From an uncultured virus (IMG/VR IMGVR_UViG_3300043424_000625) (lineage: Duplodnaviria; Heunggongvirae; Uroviricota; Caudoviricetes): 20,000 nt of DNA. Numbering within the stretch: position 1 is the first letter of the stretch; each line of letters begins with the position of its first letter. Where the stretch lies: positions 55,644-75,643 of IMG/VR virus record IMGVR_UViG_3300043424_000625. The stretch is one strand, 5' to 3'. A program made the translations under genes and the position numbers. This document shows positions 8,681-16,553 of the stretch, piece by piece. Under the pieces are notes generated by a model. The model did not search any database, was not told where the DNA came from, and saw nothing but the letters and a program-made list of their open reading frames with translations.

Positions 8681-8736
8681 TCTCCCTACTCTCAATAGTA
8701 GGCCTACTGTCGAAACGCCCTCGCGGACGCCGATCA

Positions 8737-8982
8737 ATGAACAATCTGCTGTTACATTTCTTTGCCGATGAAATGATGAAGCTGGCGGACGTGCAGCGGC
8801 ATCAGTACTACATGAACAACAGAAACAAGATCCTCCAGAGGCAAAGAGAGTACAGAATTAAGAATGCGGCCCGGATAGCACGCAAACAGAAGATTTACCG
8901 GGCCCAGGTAAAGCGTGGAGTGATTAGACAGCGGCAGCGTATTTCCACCGGGTTCTCATATACTTATGGAGGGTATCGTTGA
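8737..8982 (+). CDS. Small highly basic protein (81 aa) with HFFADEMMKLA leader
   Basis: ATG 8737, in frame with ORF 8653..8982. Arg/Lys/Tyr-rich repeats (YYMNNRNKILQRQREYRIKNAARIARKQKIYR) after the KLA motif. Confidence 0.7.
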   Translation: MNNLLLHFFADEMMKLADVQRHQYYMNNRNKILQRQREYRIKNAARIARKQKIYRAQVKRGVIRQRQRISTGFSYTYGGYR

Positions 8983-9317
8983 TGAAACGGATTGTTGGGC
9001 TGCCTTTGATACGCCGCCCAAAGCTCCCTACTAAGGCGATGCCAGGCAATCCATTTGCGGCCAATACGGTAAAAGTCGGAAGTTTAGACCCCTTTCTGAT
9101 TGCTTTGCGTGAGATTGGGCTGCGCAAGACTGCGGGCATTAGCGTTCCTGCGGCCGTAGCCGGTCTTGGAGCAGCCTCGGCCGTTGGCTACGGGGGATAC
9201 AAACTCCTCAAATCACTAAGAGATTCTGCAATAAACCAGAACGCAGAAAGAGCGTCGTATGGGTTTGATCCCCCGCCGCAGCAGGCGCGGTTTGGGCCAC
9301 CTATGCAAGCATTTTAA
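8982..9317 (+). CDS. Orphan membrane-type protein (111 aa) with RKTA motif
   Basis: ATG overlapping the upstream TGA (TGATG), GGAGG RBS. RKTAG followed by hydrophobic ISVPAAVAGLGAASAVGYGGY. Confidence 0.7.
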   Translation: MKRIVGLPLIRRPKLPTKAMPGNPFAANTVKVGSLDPFLIALREIGLRKTAGISVPAAVAGLGAASAVGYGGYKLLKSLRDSAINQNAERASYGFDPPPQQARFGPPMQAF

Positions 9318-9570
9318 TTCTTTGTAGGAGGACGCCTAAGTCCAGTGGCTGAGACCGCGCCGATCGCTCTGAGACGTAGATATCTCTCGTCTCTGGCTTG
9401 ATCGGCGCGGACGTTTTCGGCTCATACACCGCCTCATCGCGAATGCAGAGATCCAGCACCTCATGGAGGATCTCTGTCGGACTTACTCTCCTCCCCAGCT
9501 TGTCCGACATCTGTCGGCTGACGCGGTCGAGATACGCCTTGTGCTCGTTGCGAATGGTCACTGTCGGCAT
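9301..9570 (-). CDS. Small putative DNA-binding protein, ribbon-helix-helix-like (89 aa)
   Basis: AGGTGG RBS. N-terminal strand PTVTI, then helix (EHKAYLDRVS) and VSPTEILHEVLD helix, an RHH-like layout. Confidence 0.55.
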   Translation of the reverse strand: MPTVTIRNEHKAYLDRVSRQMSDKLGRRVSPTEILHEVLDLCIRDEAVYEPKTSAPIKPETRDIYVSERSARSQPLDLGVLLQRIKMLA

Positions 9571-9579
9571 GTGCCACCT

Positions 9580-9603
9580 AAAAAAAGGGGCTGGTTAGGC
9601 CCC
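9580..9603 (-). terminator. Intrinsic terminator after vWA gene
   Basis: Minus strand GGGGC-CTAACCA-GCCCC followed by T7, a few nt after the vWA stop codon. Confidence 0.75.
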
Positions 9604-9610
9604 CAAATTC

Positions 9611-11452
9611 CTACTTCCTGAGATGAGCCTCAATGATGATTCTTACCGCGTTTGTTAGCGCGGTGGGAAGGTCTTGGATGGTCTTTACCAGTCCATAGTT
9701 TCCTTTCCCGAAGATGCCATCGAACATAGGTTCATGCGGACCAATCGCCAGAGTTGTAAGCACGACCCCGTCCTTGCGAAGTTCGCGCATGACTGTGGTG
9801 AGGTCCGTCACTGCGTTTCCAGACGACTTTCGTCCTCGGGTGTGGGTGGGCATGCCGTCCGTCATCAAGATGACTGCGCGGTCTCCCTTGCCCTGCTTCT
9901 CCCACTCAATCGCGACATCAAGTGCGCGAACCATGTTGGTGTACATCATGTACATGCCGGGGACTGCCTTCACAGATCCAATCTTCGTGAAGAAGTAGAG
10001 ATCACTGGAGAACGTCCACAGATTGATGTCTACCTTCAAGCCCGTGCAAGAGAACTGCACGTCCGAGATGGCACGGTCCAGAATGTCGAGGCCAGGCCCT
10101 GACATGGATCCGCTGACATCGGCGAGGATCAACAACTGTAGTCCCCCGACCTCAGACTTCTTTTGGAAGAGAGGGACACTGGACCGATCACCGGAGGCCG
10201 ATGCTTGGATCAGCTTGGGGATGTTGACCTTGCTTCCGCGCGAGCAGGAGATCTTCTCCTGTTCCATCTTGACCTGTTCGAGATAGCGGCGCACCTTTCC
10301 CGCATCCGGGGACGGAGGAGGGAGCTTGTGTGCCGGAGTCACTCGGAAAGATCGGATGGCGCAAGAGGAGGACGCTGTGGATAGAATCTCCTCTTGCTGC
10401 TGCTTGTTGGACTTGCGTTGCTTTCCCAGCTCTGCCTTTGCAGCCGCGATGCGGGCGTTCATCTTCTCTGCGCCTTCCTCGCAGAGTGACTGGAAGGATG
10501 TCTTCCCGTCAGGCCCCGGCTGATCGTCATCTGCCGTCATCAACTTTCGGATCTGCCGAAGCGTCTTCGCATTCGCGCGGCTGGAAGATGTCGCCGTCAG
10601 GTCCGGAGTCACATCCTTGTGCCCAAGTCCTTGTTGAGAGGAGTTGGGAGGAGAGGGAGGACCCTGTGCTGGTGTCTGCACCGCGTTTGACAGGGCAGTC
10701 AGCTTCGACATCGCGGTCTGTTGCGCGTTGTTCGGAGTATTGCTGGGCGGCGGAGGATAGAACTTCAGCAACTCATCGGCGATGTCATCGATGAGCCGTG
10801 CAGTCACCGCTAAGCACGCAGCGTTATCTACGAGCTCGACCTGAGAACGTGCGCGTTCCATGTGAGGACGGCACGCCTTGAACTCTGGAGGGGCCTTGTC
10901 TGTCTCGAACCCGGAGGCTGCGCGCATCAGGTAGGTGACCAGGTCCTTCTCTGCATCCTCCTCCTTGCTGTACTTGGCGATGTCTTTCCATCGCTGCTGA
11001 AGCAAGGAGGCGCCTCCGAAGTAGATCTCTCCCCAAACGCTACAGCACCTCCAGTCTTCCAGCACGTTCCACAGCAAATGGACGAGTTGCTGGAGCTTGG
11101 GGCGGTACGGAGCGGCCGAGGCAGATGTGAGCGGCAGTCTCGCGCGAGTGAGAAGACGCTCCACCGCCTTGGTCGTGAACTCCTTGGTGAGGTCCAGGTC
11201 CGTCTCCGCAAATGCGTGCGACAGTTCGTGCTCACAGATCAGATATGCCTCGGGATCTGCGAAGGGGACCTTGACGACTGTTTTACAGTCTGTTGATCCC
11301 CCCGCAGGGTCATCCAGAAGCTCGAGCTTCGTGCTCAACATCTTGTTGAAGGTCGCGACCAGGTTCTCCATCCTGGCCACGTTCTCTTCCTGGTTCGGCG
11401 CAGCCATCGCTCCGAGATCGAGGGGTGGGCGCTTACTCGGAGTGTTGGTCAT
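9611..11452 (-). CDS. vWA-domain protein with N-terminal HExxH metallopeptidase-like domain (MoxR partner, CobT/NorD-like architecture; 613 aa)
   Basis: CEHELSH...WNVLEDWR in the N-terminus, a Pro/Gln/Ser-rich linker, then MIDAS motif LILADVSGSM, ...TNM..AL and VILMTDG at the C-terminus. Confidence 0.85.
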   Translation of the reverse strand: MTNTPSKRPPLDLGAMAAPNQEENVARMENLVATFNKMLSTKLELLDDPAGGSTDCKTVVKVPFADPEAYLICEHELSHAFAETDLDLTKEFTTKAVERLLTRARLPLTSASAAPYRPKLQQLVHLLWNVLEDWRCCSVWGEIYFGGASLLQQRWKDIAKYSKEEDAEKDLVTYLMRAASGFETDKAPPEFKACRPHMERARSQVELVDNAACLAVTARLIDDIADELLKFYPPPPSNTPNNAQQTAMSKLTALSNAVQTPAQGPPSPPNSSQQGLGHKDVTPDLTATSSSRANAKTLRQIRKLMTADDDQPGPDGKTSFQSLCEEGAEKMNARIAAAKAELGKQRKSNKQQQEEILSTASSSCAIRSFRVTPAHKLPPPSPDAGKVRRYLEQVKMEQEKISCSRGSKVNIPKLIQASASGDRSSVPLFQKKSEVGGLQLLILADVSGSMSGPGLDILDRAISDVQFSCTGLKVDINLWTFSSDLYFFTKIGSVKAVPGMYMMYTNMVRALDVAIEWEKQGKGDRAVILMTDGMPTHTRGRKSSGNAVTDLTTVMRELRKDGVVLTTLAIGPHEPMFDGIFGKGNYGLVKTIQDLPTALTNAVRIIIEAHLRK

Positions 11453-11798
11453 AGATTGCCTTCGCGACCGCCCATGCCACCGGCTTTCTCCGGTAGGTCA
11501 TCATGGTCCAGTGGTTGAGGGGTTCGGGATCTCCATTCGCGAGCATTTCGTTGATCTCCTCAACGTAGTGCTCGCGCGCATCTGCGAGGCACTCCTCATA
11601 GAGCTGCACGTCTTTCCGCATGTCTTCCATCGGAGTGCTTCGTGGATCGACCGCGGTTCGCGTTGCAATCCGCACGAGGACCTGCGCCTCCTTCTCCACC
11701 TCGGCTTCCAGGTACTCACGCGTCATGGCCAGTCCGCTTTTGCGGCCCCGCTTGTTCATCCAGCCAAGCAGGTCTTCGTAGTTCTTAAACGGTTCCAT
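11433..11798 (-). CDS. Hypothetical protein (121 aa) between AAA+ and vWA genes
   Basis: AGGAGG RBS. Overlaps both neighbours on the same strand. Charged helical sequence. Confidence 0.75.
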   Translation of the reverse strand: MEPFKNYEDLLGWMNKRGRKSGLAMTREYLEAEVEKEAQVLVRIATRTAVDPRSTPMEDMRKDVQLYEECLADAREHYVEEINEMLANGDPEPLNHWTMMTYRRKPVAWAVAKAIYDQHSE

Positions 11799-12642
11799 AG
11801 AGCGTCACCTCCTGAAGGTTGACTCCGAACATGGACTGGACCCGGGCCTCGATCTTCTCCTTGTGCTCCGGGTCAAACTTCTGAACCAGCATCTTCAGCG
11901 CCTTGCCCAACCCGATGCGCTCAATCTTCCGAATCGACTGGACCAGGTCGCGAGTGGACAACGCGTACTCCCACTCGTAGGTCCGGCTCTCTTCCGCGAA
12001 GGTCAAAAGACGGGCCACGATCCTCCGCTGCTCAACATCGGCGGGCGTCGAGAAGGATCTCTCCAGCAGCTCCTTCTCCTTCAACTGCGGCATGTACCCG
12101 ACCTCAATGAAGTCGAAGCGGCTCCGCAACGCCTCGTTGAGCTGGTAGGTGCCGGCGTAGCCGGGGTTCATCGTCCCGATGACCCACAGCAGGGCATCCT
12201 TGTTCAACTCGAACTTGCGCCCGAGGGAAGCGCACTCGACCGCCTTCCGGTAGTCCGCCACCGAGAAGACCATCGACTGCACCTGGGGGCGAAGTGTGTT
12301 GATCTCTTCGAGAACAAGCACGGCTTCTCCATGAGAGTTGGCCGTCTCGATCGCCAAGGGCAGCGCACCCAGCGTGAAGTGGACGTTGTTTCCTTCCATG
12401 CCAAACGATCCGATCAGCTGCGTCTCGTCCGTGCCGCTGTTGCAGTTCTCGCGAACCATCGGAATCCCGTGGATCCCGCACCACTGTTCAATCGCAAGAG
12501 TCTTGCCGGAACCCTTCGGCCCTTTCAGAATGAGCGCGTCACCCCACGCAATCTTCTCAATCAAGCCCAGAATCCCGGTATCCACGAAGTTGGCATCCTC
12601 CTTGGGGATGAGGGAGTTCGCCGGCATCTTTACAATGAGCAT
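11785..12642 (-). CDS. MoxR/CbbQ/NorQ-type AAA+ ATPase (285 aa)
   Basis: Walker A GPKGSGKT, Walker B VLVLEEIN, GTMNPGYAG..LNEALRSRF, LSTRDL. ATG 12642 is preceded by AGGAG. Confidence 0.88.
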   Translation of the reverse strand: MLIVKMPANSLIPKEDANFVDTGILGLIEKIAWGDALILKGPKGSGKTLAIEQWCGIHGIPMVRENCNSGTDETQLIGSFGMEGNNVHFTLGALPLAIETANSHGEAVLVLEEINTLRPQVQSMVFSVADYRKAVECASLGRKFELNKDALLWVIGTMNPGYAGTYQLNEALRSRFDFIEVGYMPQLKEKELLERSFSTPADVEQRRIVARLLTFAEESRTYEWEYALSTRDLVQSIRKIERIGLGKALKMLVQKFDPEHKEKIEARVQSMFGVNLQEVTLYGTV

Positions 12643-12696
12643 CGCTTCTCCTATGGCTTTCGCCAAGGAAGTTATGACTTTTTTTAGGGATTTTAC

Positions 12697-12725
12697 TTGC
12701 AGCCCCTTTGGGCCCGAAGTAAACA
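12697..12725 (+). promoter_or_regulatory. Possible sigma70-type promoter for the divergent + operon
   Basis: TTGCAG-N17-TAAACA in the AT-rich divergent intergenic region. Confidence 0.35.
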
Positions 12726-12731
12726 GCGCAT

Positions 12732-12992
12732 ATGGAGGCCGAGATGCCTGGCGGAGAGATTGACCTGACTGGCATGAGCCAGGAACAGCTCTTTCAGGGA
12801 ATGGCCGACATGGTCATGTCCCTCCTACAAAGCCACCGTGCCGCGCTGCTCGTCAGTCGGCCTGATGGAGTCATCACCTTCCTGAACCCGATCATCCTCC
12901 AGTCCATCCCTCCGGACGAACTGGCCTCCACCCTGCTCGAAAGCTGGGACGCTGATCAGGTCTCCGAGTTCTTGGAGCATGTGTATGGGTGA
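12732..12992 (+). CDS. Hypothetical acidic protein (~86 aa; start uncertain)
   Basis: ORF diverging from the AAA+ gene and overlapping the next + ORF. An internal GGAGG suggests a slightly later ATG may be used. Confidence 0.65.
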   Translation: MEAEMPGGEIDLTGMSQEQLFQGMADMVMSLLQSHRAALLVSRPDGVITFLNPIILQSIPPDELASTLLESWDADQVSEFLEHVYG

Positions 12993-13278
12993 TCTGGTCA
13001 ATTTCCCCGCCAAGACCGAGCCAAAAATGAATGGTTCGGCCGTCGATCTTCGGCGCGTCGTCCAGCTTGTGCGACGACTGGTGGACATTTATGGAAGCGA
13101 CTCTCCCGTCGCCTGGGAGCACTTCGATGAGGAAATGGGTCGCCTCGTACATGGGTACGACGGCTACGATGTAGCGGACCATCCCGCAGGAAAGCTGGTG
13201 ACGGTCATGACCAATACGGTTGTTGGTCGTTGTCAATTCACGGTCCTGATCTACAAAGAACTACTTTCTAAAAAGTAG
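12985..13278 (+). CDS. Hypothetical protein (97 aa)
   Basis: ATG 12985 (MGDLVNFP...) preceded by GGAG. Overlaps the upstream stop. Confidence 0.6.
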   Translation: MGDLVNFPAKTEPKMNGSAVDLRRVVQLVRRLVDIYGSDSPVAWEHFDEEMGRLVHGYDGYDVADHPAGKLVTVMTNTVVGRCQFTVLIYKELLSKK

Positions 13279-13329
13279 ATATTACTGTCAAAATGTATAT
13301 GGCCCGTAGGGCTTAGGAGAAACGTACGT

Positions 13330-14151
13330 ATGAGCCTGTTCGATACACAGACCGCCATGATCATGCCCGAGGACATTGTTGTCGGGCGCTCGATTAAGAA
13401 CATTCGCACTGTATTCCAGGATGAGGCGATTCAGCAGCTTGCCGAGAGCATTCGGCGCGATGGCCTGATGCAGCCCCTCGTTGTGATGGAAGGGGAAGAT
13501 GATGATGGCGAGTCCATCACCGAGTTGATTGCGGGGGAACGCCGCCTGCGCGCGATCCTTATGGTCCGGGCTCAAGACCCGGACTTCATGAAGTCCGGCG
13601 TTCCGTGCATTACGTACGAAGGCACGCTGCACGAGGCGAAGTACATCAACGCGGTCGAGAATGTCGAGCGCGAGAACATTGACGACGTCGACCTCTCCAC
13701 CTGGATTGCGGGTCGTATTGGCGAGGGTGTCAGCCAGACGGAACTGGGAGAGCGGCTTCACCGTTCTCCGTCCTGGGTCAACTTCCGCATGGTGTTTCAC
13801 GCGCAGGCTGCGGACGCGGTGAAGCAGGCTGTCCGCGATGGACTCATCTCCTTCTCGGCTGCCTACCACTTGGCCAAGAACCTCAACCAGGAGGAGCAGA
13901 TCAAGTGGATCAACAAGGCGCGCAAGCTCAACGAGAAGATCTCGGTCGAGGCCGCTGCCGCTGCGGGCGATCCCGATAAGGTCGTCCGTCCCAACAAGAA
14001 GGCGCGCGCCCGGATGCTGAAGCGCGCCGATGATCTTGCCGATAACGGCAACGACATTGGCCGAGGCATGTCCCTCGCACTCCGCTGGGTCGAGGGTTAC
14101 CTCGAGGATGAGGAGATGCAGGACATGGTCGGCTTCGAGGAGACCAAGTAG
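13330..14151 (+). CDS. parB: ParB/Spo0J-family protein (ParB N-terminal domain plus HTH; 273 aa)
   Basis: NIR..F...LAESIRRDGLMQPLVV, ELIAGERRLRA (GxRR box), ENVERENI, and HTH SQTELGERLHRSPSWV. AGGAGA RBS. Confidence 0.88.
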   Translation: MSLFDTQTAMIMPEDIVVGRSIKNIRTVFQDEAIQQLAESIRRDGLMQPLVVMEGEDDDGESITELIAGERRLRAILMVRAQDPDFMKSGVPCITYEGTLHEAKYINAVENVERENIDDVDLSTWIAGRIGEGVSQTELGERLHRSPSWVNFRMVFHAQAADAVKQAVRDGLISFSAAYHLAKNLNQEEQIKWINKARKLNEKISVEAAAAAGDPDKVVRPNKKARARMLKRADDLADNGNDIGRGMSLALRWVEGYLEDEEMQDMVGFEETK

Positions 14152-14270
14152 TGAGTTCTGAACCGGGGCTGCCCATCATCACCTATAAGAAATACCGAGG
14201 CAGGATCGGTATCTTTGAGGTGGTCGAGGGAGACGGATACGCCAAGCTGGAATGGCTTGGCTATCTGTAG
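14151..14270 (+). CDS. Small ORF (39 aa) not in the ORF track: MSSEPGLPIITYKKYRGRIGIFEVVEGDGYAKLEWLGYL
   Basis: GTG overlaps the parB TAG (TAGTG), GAGGAG upstream. Stop lies 4 nt before the terminator. Confidence 0.55.
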   Translation: MSSEPGLPIITYKKYRGRIGIFEVVEGDGYAKLEWLGYL

Positions 14271-14274
14271 TCCG

Positions 14275-14303
14275 AGGCCCCACCGAGAGGTGGGGCCTTT
14301 TTT
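14275..14303 (+). terminator. Intrinsic terminator closing the parB operon
   Basis: AGGCCCCACC-GAGA-GGTGGGGCCT (10-bp stem, GNRA loop) followed by a T-run. Confidence 0.9.
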
Positions 14304-14306
14304 AGC

Positions 14307-14648
14307 TCACATGGAATATGCAAGGTCTTGGCCGAGTTGACCAAAGAGATTGCCGGTCATAGTGTTTTTAGCTTGTTGTACTCCCGGTAGTGCGCCCATC
14401 ATCCCACGTTCTATTCTTGACTTCAATGTGTTTGGAATGCCTTTTACCGGACGAACCCCCGCAGAAAATCCCTTCGCCGCATCCCCCACGCCTCTGGTGA
14501 ATGCACCCAGATCCTTGGTCGCGGTAGTCCCCAGAGTGCGCATGCCCGATAGTACCGACGACAAGCCCGCTTCCTTGTCGTGGTAGTAGACATCCTCCCA
14601 CAGTGGGTGTTCGGATAGAAGCTTCTCATACGCGGCCATCTTGTCCAT
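14307..14648 (-). CDS. Orphan protein (113 aa) with KMA and KEA motifs followed by Gly/Ala-rich amphipathic region
   Basis: MDKMAAYE...HDKEAGLSSVLSG... Starts 2 nt after the upstream stop and ends convergently at the terminator. Confidence 0.7.
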   Translation of the reverse strand: MDKMAAYEKLLSEHPLWEDVYYHDKEAGLSSVLSGMRTLGTTATKDLGAFTRGVGDAAKGFSAGVRPVKGIPNTLKSRIERGMMGALPGVQQAKNTMTGNLFGQLGQDLAYSM

Positions 14649-14650
14649 AC

Positions 14651-15706
14651 TTACGACCCTCTAGAGGCGTTGATGACGATGAGTTTGGGGGAGAACTCGT
14701 AGTGGTTGGCCAAGTTCTGCGTGTTGCTTGAGGTCTCGACAGAGAGCTGTACGCGATCATTGGTGATCGCTAAGTTCTCAAGTGTGAGACCTTGGCCGTA
14801 TGCGGCAGGCCCAGGGGGAGGGCCTGTGGTAAACCTACGCATCGAGGACATGTTGATGGCCCCGCTGCGATCTTGGATGCAGGTCCCACTGACGTGAACG
14901 TTGCGATGGACTGGGCTTCCGTTCGTTGCGGGGCCGAACAATACGGAGATCCTGACGGTCACTTCGCTGTTGTGCGCAGCTGGCAGTCCGAGCGCATCTC
15001 CCAAGTTTCCAGTGATGAACAGCCCGGCAGTCACTCCGGCAGAGTCCGAGAGGTTGACCCCCACCGAAAGCTGTGCGACGGGAGATCCAATGACACCGAC
15101 AACGCCGCCAAGAGTAATGTCCAGTCGGGAGCTGACGCCGTTTGGGATGACTTCGCGAGTGCCCAGTTTGACCGAGAAGGTTCCAGTCATGTCCGCAACG
15201 GACAGGTCGCTCTCGCTCCGCGCTCCGACGAACACCCCGCCGCCGTAGCCAGAACCAAGACCGAGAGACGAAGTCAGCTCGCCTTCCACAGCGACATCGC
15301 CCGTAAAGGTGACTTCCTCCTCCGCTTCGAGATCTGTCAGCGTGAAGGGTACCCACAGCCCAGTGCCCAGGTCGAAGGAAAGCAAGTCTCCGTCGTTTGC
15401 ACCCGACACCTCCACGTCTTCCAGATCGGAGAGGGACAGGGAGACTTCAGGAATGGGAGTCGTTACTTTTAGCCAGCGACCCAGCGCAGGCTCGTGCGTC
15501 GGTGCGATGACCAGGTCTCCGTCGTCCGCATCCGTGTTCCCATAGGAGAACGCGTAGATCTGCGTGATCTGGCGAACGAGGACCATCTGACCATCCGCAG
15601 CGTCCCTTGCGGACAGCGCACGAAGGGCGGCGATGTCGCTTACGGGATCCTGGACGAGATCTCCGGTAAGCATGCCCGAACGGCGGCGAAAGAAAGTGCG
15701 GCTCAT
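14651..15706 (-). CDS. Probable tail fibre/appendage-type structural protein (351 aa)
   Basis: IAALRAL...DGQMVLV...DDGDLVIAP...GRW resembles tailspike N-terminal regions. LSDLEDVEVSGANDGDLLSFD...LWVP resembles a fibre repeat. Beta-rich C-terminus. Confidence 0.55.
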   Translation of the reverse strand: MSRTFFRRRSGMLTGDLVQDPVSDIAALRALSARDAADGQMVLVRQITQIYAFSYGNTDADDGDLVIAPTHEPALGRWLKVTTPIPEVSLSLSDLEDVEVSGANDGDLLSFDLGTGLWVPFTLTDLEAEEEVTFTGDVAVEGELTSSLGLGSGYGGGVFVGARSESDLSVADMTGTFSVKLGTREVIPNGVSSRLDITLGGVVGVIGSPVAQLSVGVNLSDSAGVTAGLFITGNLGDALGLPAAHNSEVTVRISVLFGPATNGSPVHRNVHVSGTCIQDRSGAINMSSMRRFTTGPPPGPAAYGQGLTLENLAITNDRVQLSVETSSNTQNLANHYEFSPKLIVINASRGS

Positions 15707-16074
15707 ACCGGCACCACCAGCCCGATCCAGGCGCTCAGGGTGGGAGAGGTTCCAGAGACCGAGGTCACTTGCAGGGCAACACGGCTCAGCCCCTGGACCT
15801 CAAAGGTGGCCATGTCGGAGCTGTTGACATTGAGGGCTTCGCCCTGATGCCATTCTCCACTGATCGGCGAGTACCACCAGACTTGCACAGTAAAGACTGG
15901 CGACGTCCCGCCCGTCTTGAAGAACAGATGGATGTACTCATTCCGCTGAAGCAGTACTCCATCAGTCGCCGTAGAGGGCGCGCTGGTTGTCGCGGACACC
16001 GCATCCAGCACCGCCCGTGCGGCGGCTGTTGAACCGGCAATTGCCGAGCGGACATTGACCTTGCTTCCCATCAT
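15703..16074 (-). CDS. Small beta-rich protein, probably virion-associated (~123 aa)
   Basis: GGAG before ATG ATG (16074/16071). Stop overlaps the start of the 351-aa gene. Beta-sandwich-like pattern (FTVQVW...GEW...RVALQV). Confidence 0.6.
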   Translation of the reverse strand: MMGSKVNVRSAIAGSTAAARAVLDAVSATTSAPSTATDGVLLQRNEYIHLFFKTGGTSPVFTVQVWWYSPISGEWHQGEALNVNSSDMATFEVQGLSRVALQVTSVSGTSPTLSAWIGLVVPV

Positions 16075-16151
16075 GGCTCCAGAGTTGCCCAATCATAGCG
16101 CAACAAACTTAGTCGCGCACTTCGATCGCGGCGGTGGAAGATGTGGAAAAC

Positions 16152-16170
16152 TGGTTTCCGATGGAAACCA
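16152..16170. repeat. Inverted repeat TGGTTTCC-GAT-GGAAACCA (possible operator or parS-like site)
   Basis: Perfect 8-bp arms in a divergent intergenic region. A related GATTTTCC-N6-GGAAAATC repeat lies at 16268-16289. Confidence 0.5.
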
Positions 16171-16216
16171 TTTCTTCCGAGTAGTGCCGTGCGAAGCGGC
16201 CCAAAACACAGGAGAG

Positions 16217-16245
16217 TTGACAAGGAAACCTTACTCCTTTAGACT
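16217..16245 (+). promoter_or_regulatory. Near-consensus sigma70 promoter
   Basis: TTGACA (16217-16222)-N17-TAGACT (16240-16245), about 55 nt upstream of ATG 16301. Confidence 0.75.
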
Positions 16246-16300
16246 TGTCCTGTCCACCACGGGTAGCGATTTTCCTAAACGGGAAAATCAGGAGCTAAAC

Positions 16301-16552
16301 ATGAAATCGTTGCAGAGTAAAAAGCTCCTGGCCTACCTCGTGGCTGAGGCGACCTGGAAAATCCTTCTGGGGATCACGCTTTGGCTTCACCCCGAAGAAG
16401 GCGCAGTTCCGCGCTGGGCACTCATCACGATGATCGTGACTGCCGGCTTTCTTGAGGTGGGCTACATCTTGGGGCAGGCATACGTAGATCGCTTCATCAC
16501 GGCGACGCGCATTGGACGCCGTGATGAAGACGACAAGCCGACACAGCCGTAA
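16301..16552 (+). CDS. Small two-TM membrane protein, holin-like (83 aa)
   Basis: AGGAG RBS. MKSLQSKKLL..., two hydrophobic segments, GYILGQAYVD, and a charged C-terminus. Confidence 0.6.
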   Translation: MKSLQSKKLLAYLVAEATWKILLGITLWLHPEEGAVPRWALITMIVTAGFLEVGYILGQAYVDRFITATRIGRRDEDDKPTQP

Positions 16553-16553
16553 A

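Noticed and set aside
7875..8744. 289-aa minus-strand ORF opposite the tail tube gene
   Set aside because: Antisense shadow of a GC-rich coding gene; no recognisable motifs, and the + strand gene is well supported.
11097..12763. Long + strand ORFs (241, 274 and 141 aa) over the AAA+/vWA genes
   Set aside because: Antisense to genes with clear catalytic motifs; no independent evidence.
16055..16300. N-terminal extension of the holin-like ORF given in the ORF track
   Set aside because: It overlaps the divergent gene and spans the promoter; AGGAG-ATG at 16301 is the better start.
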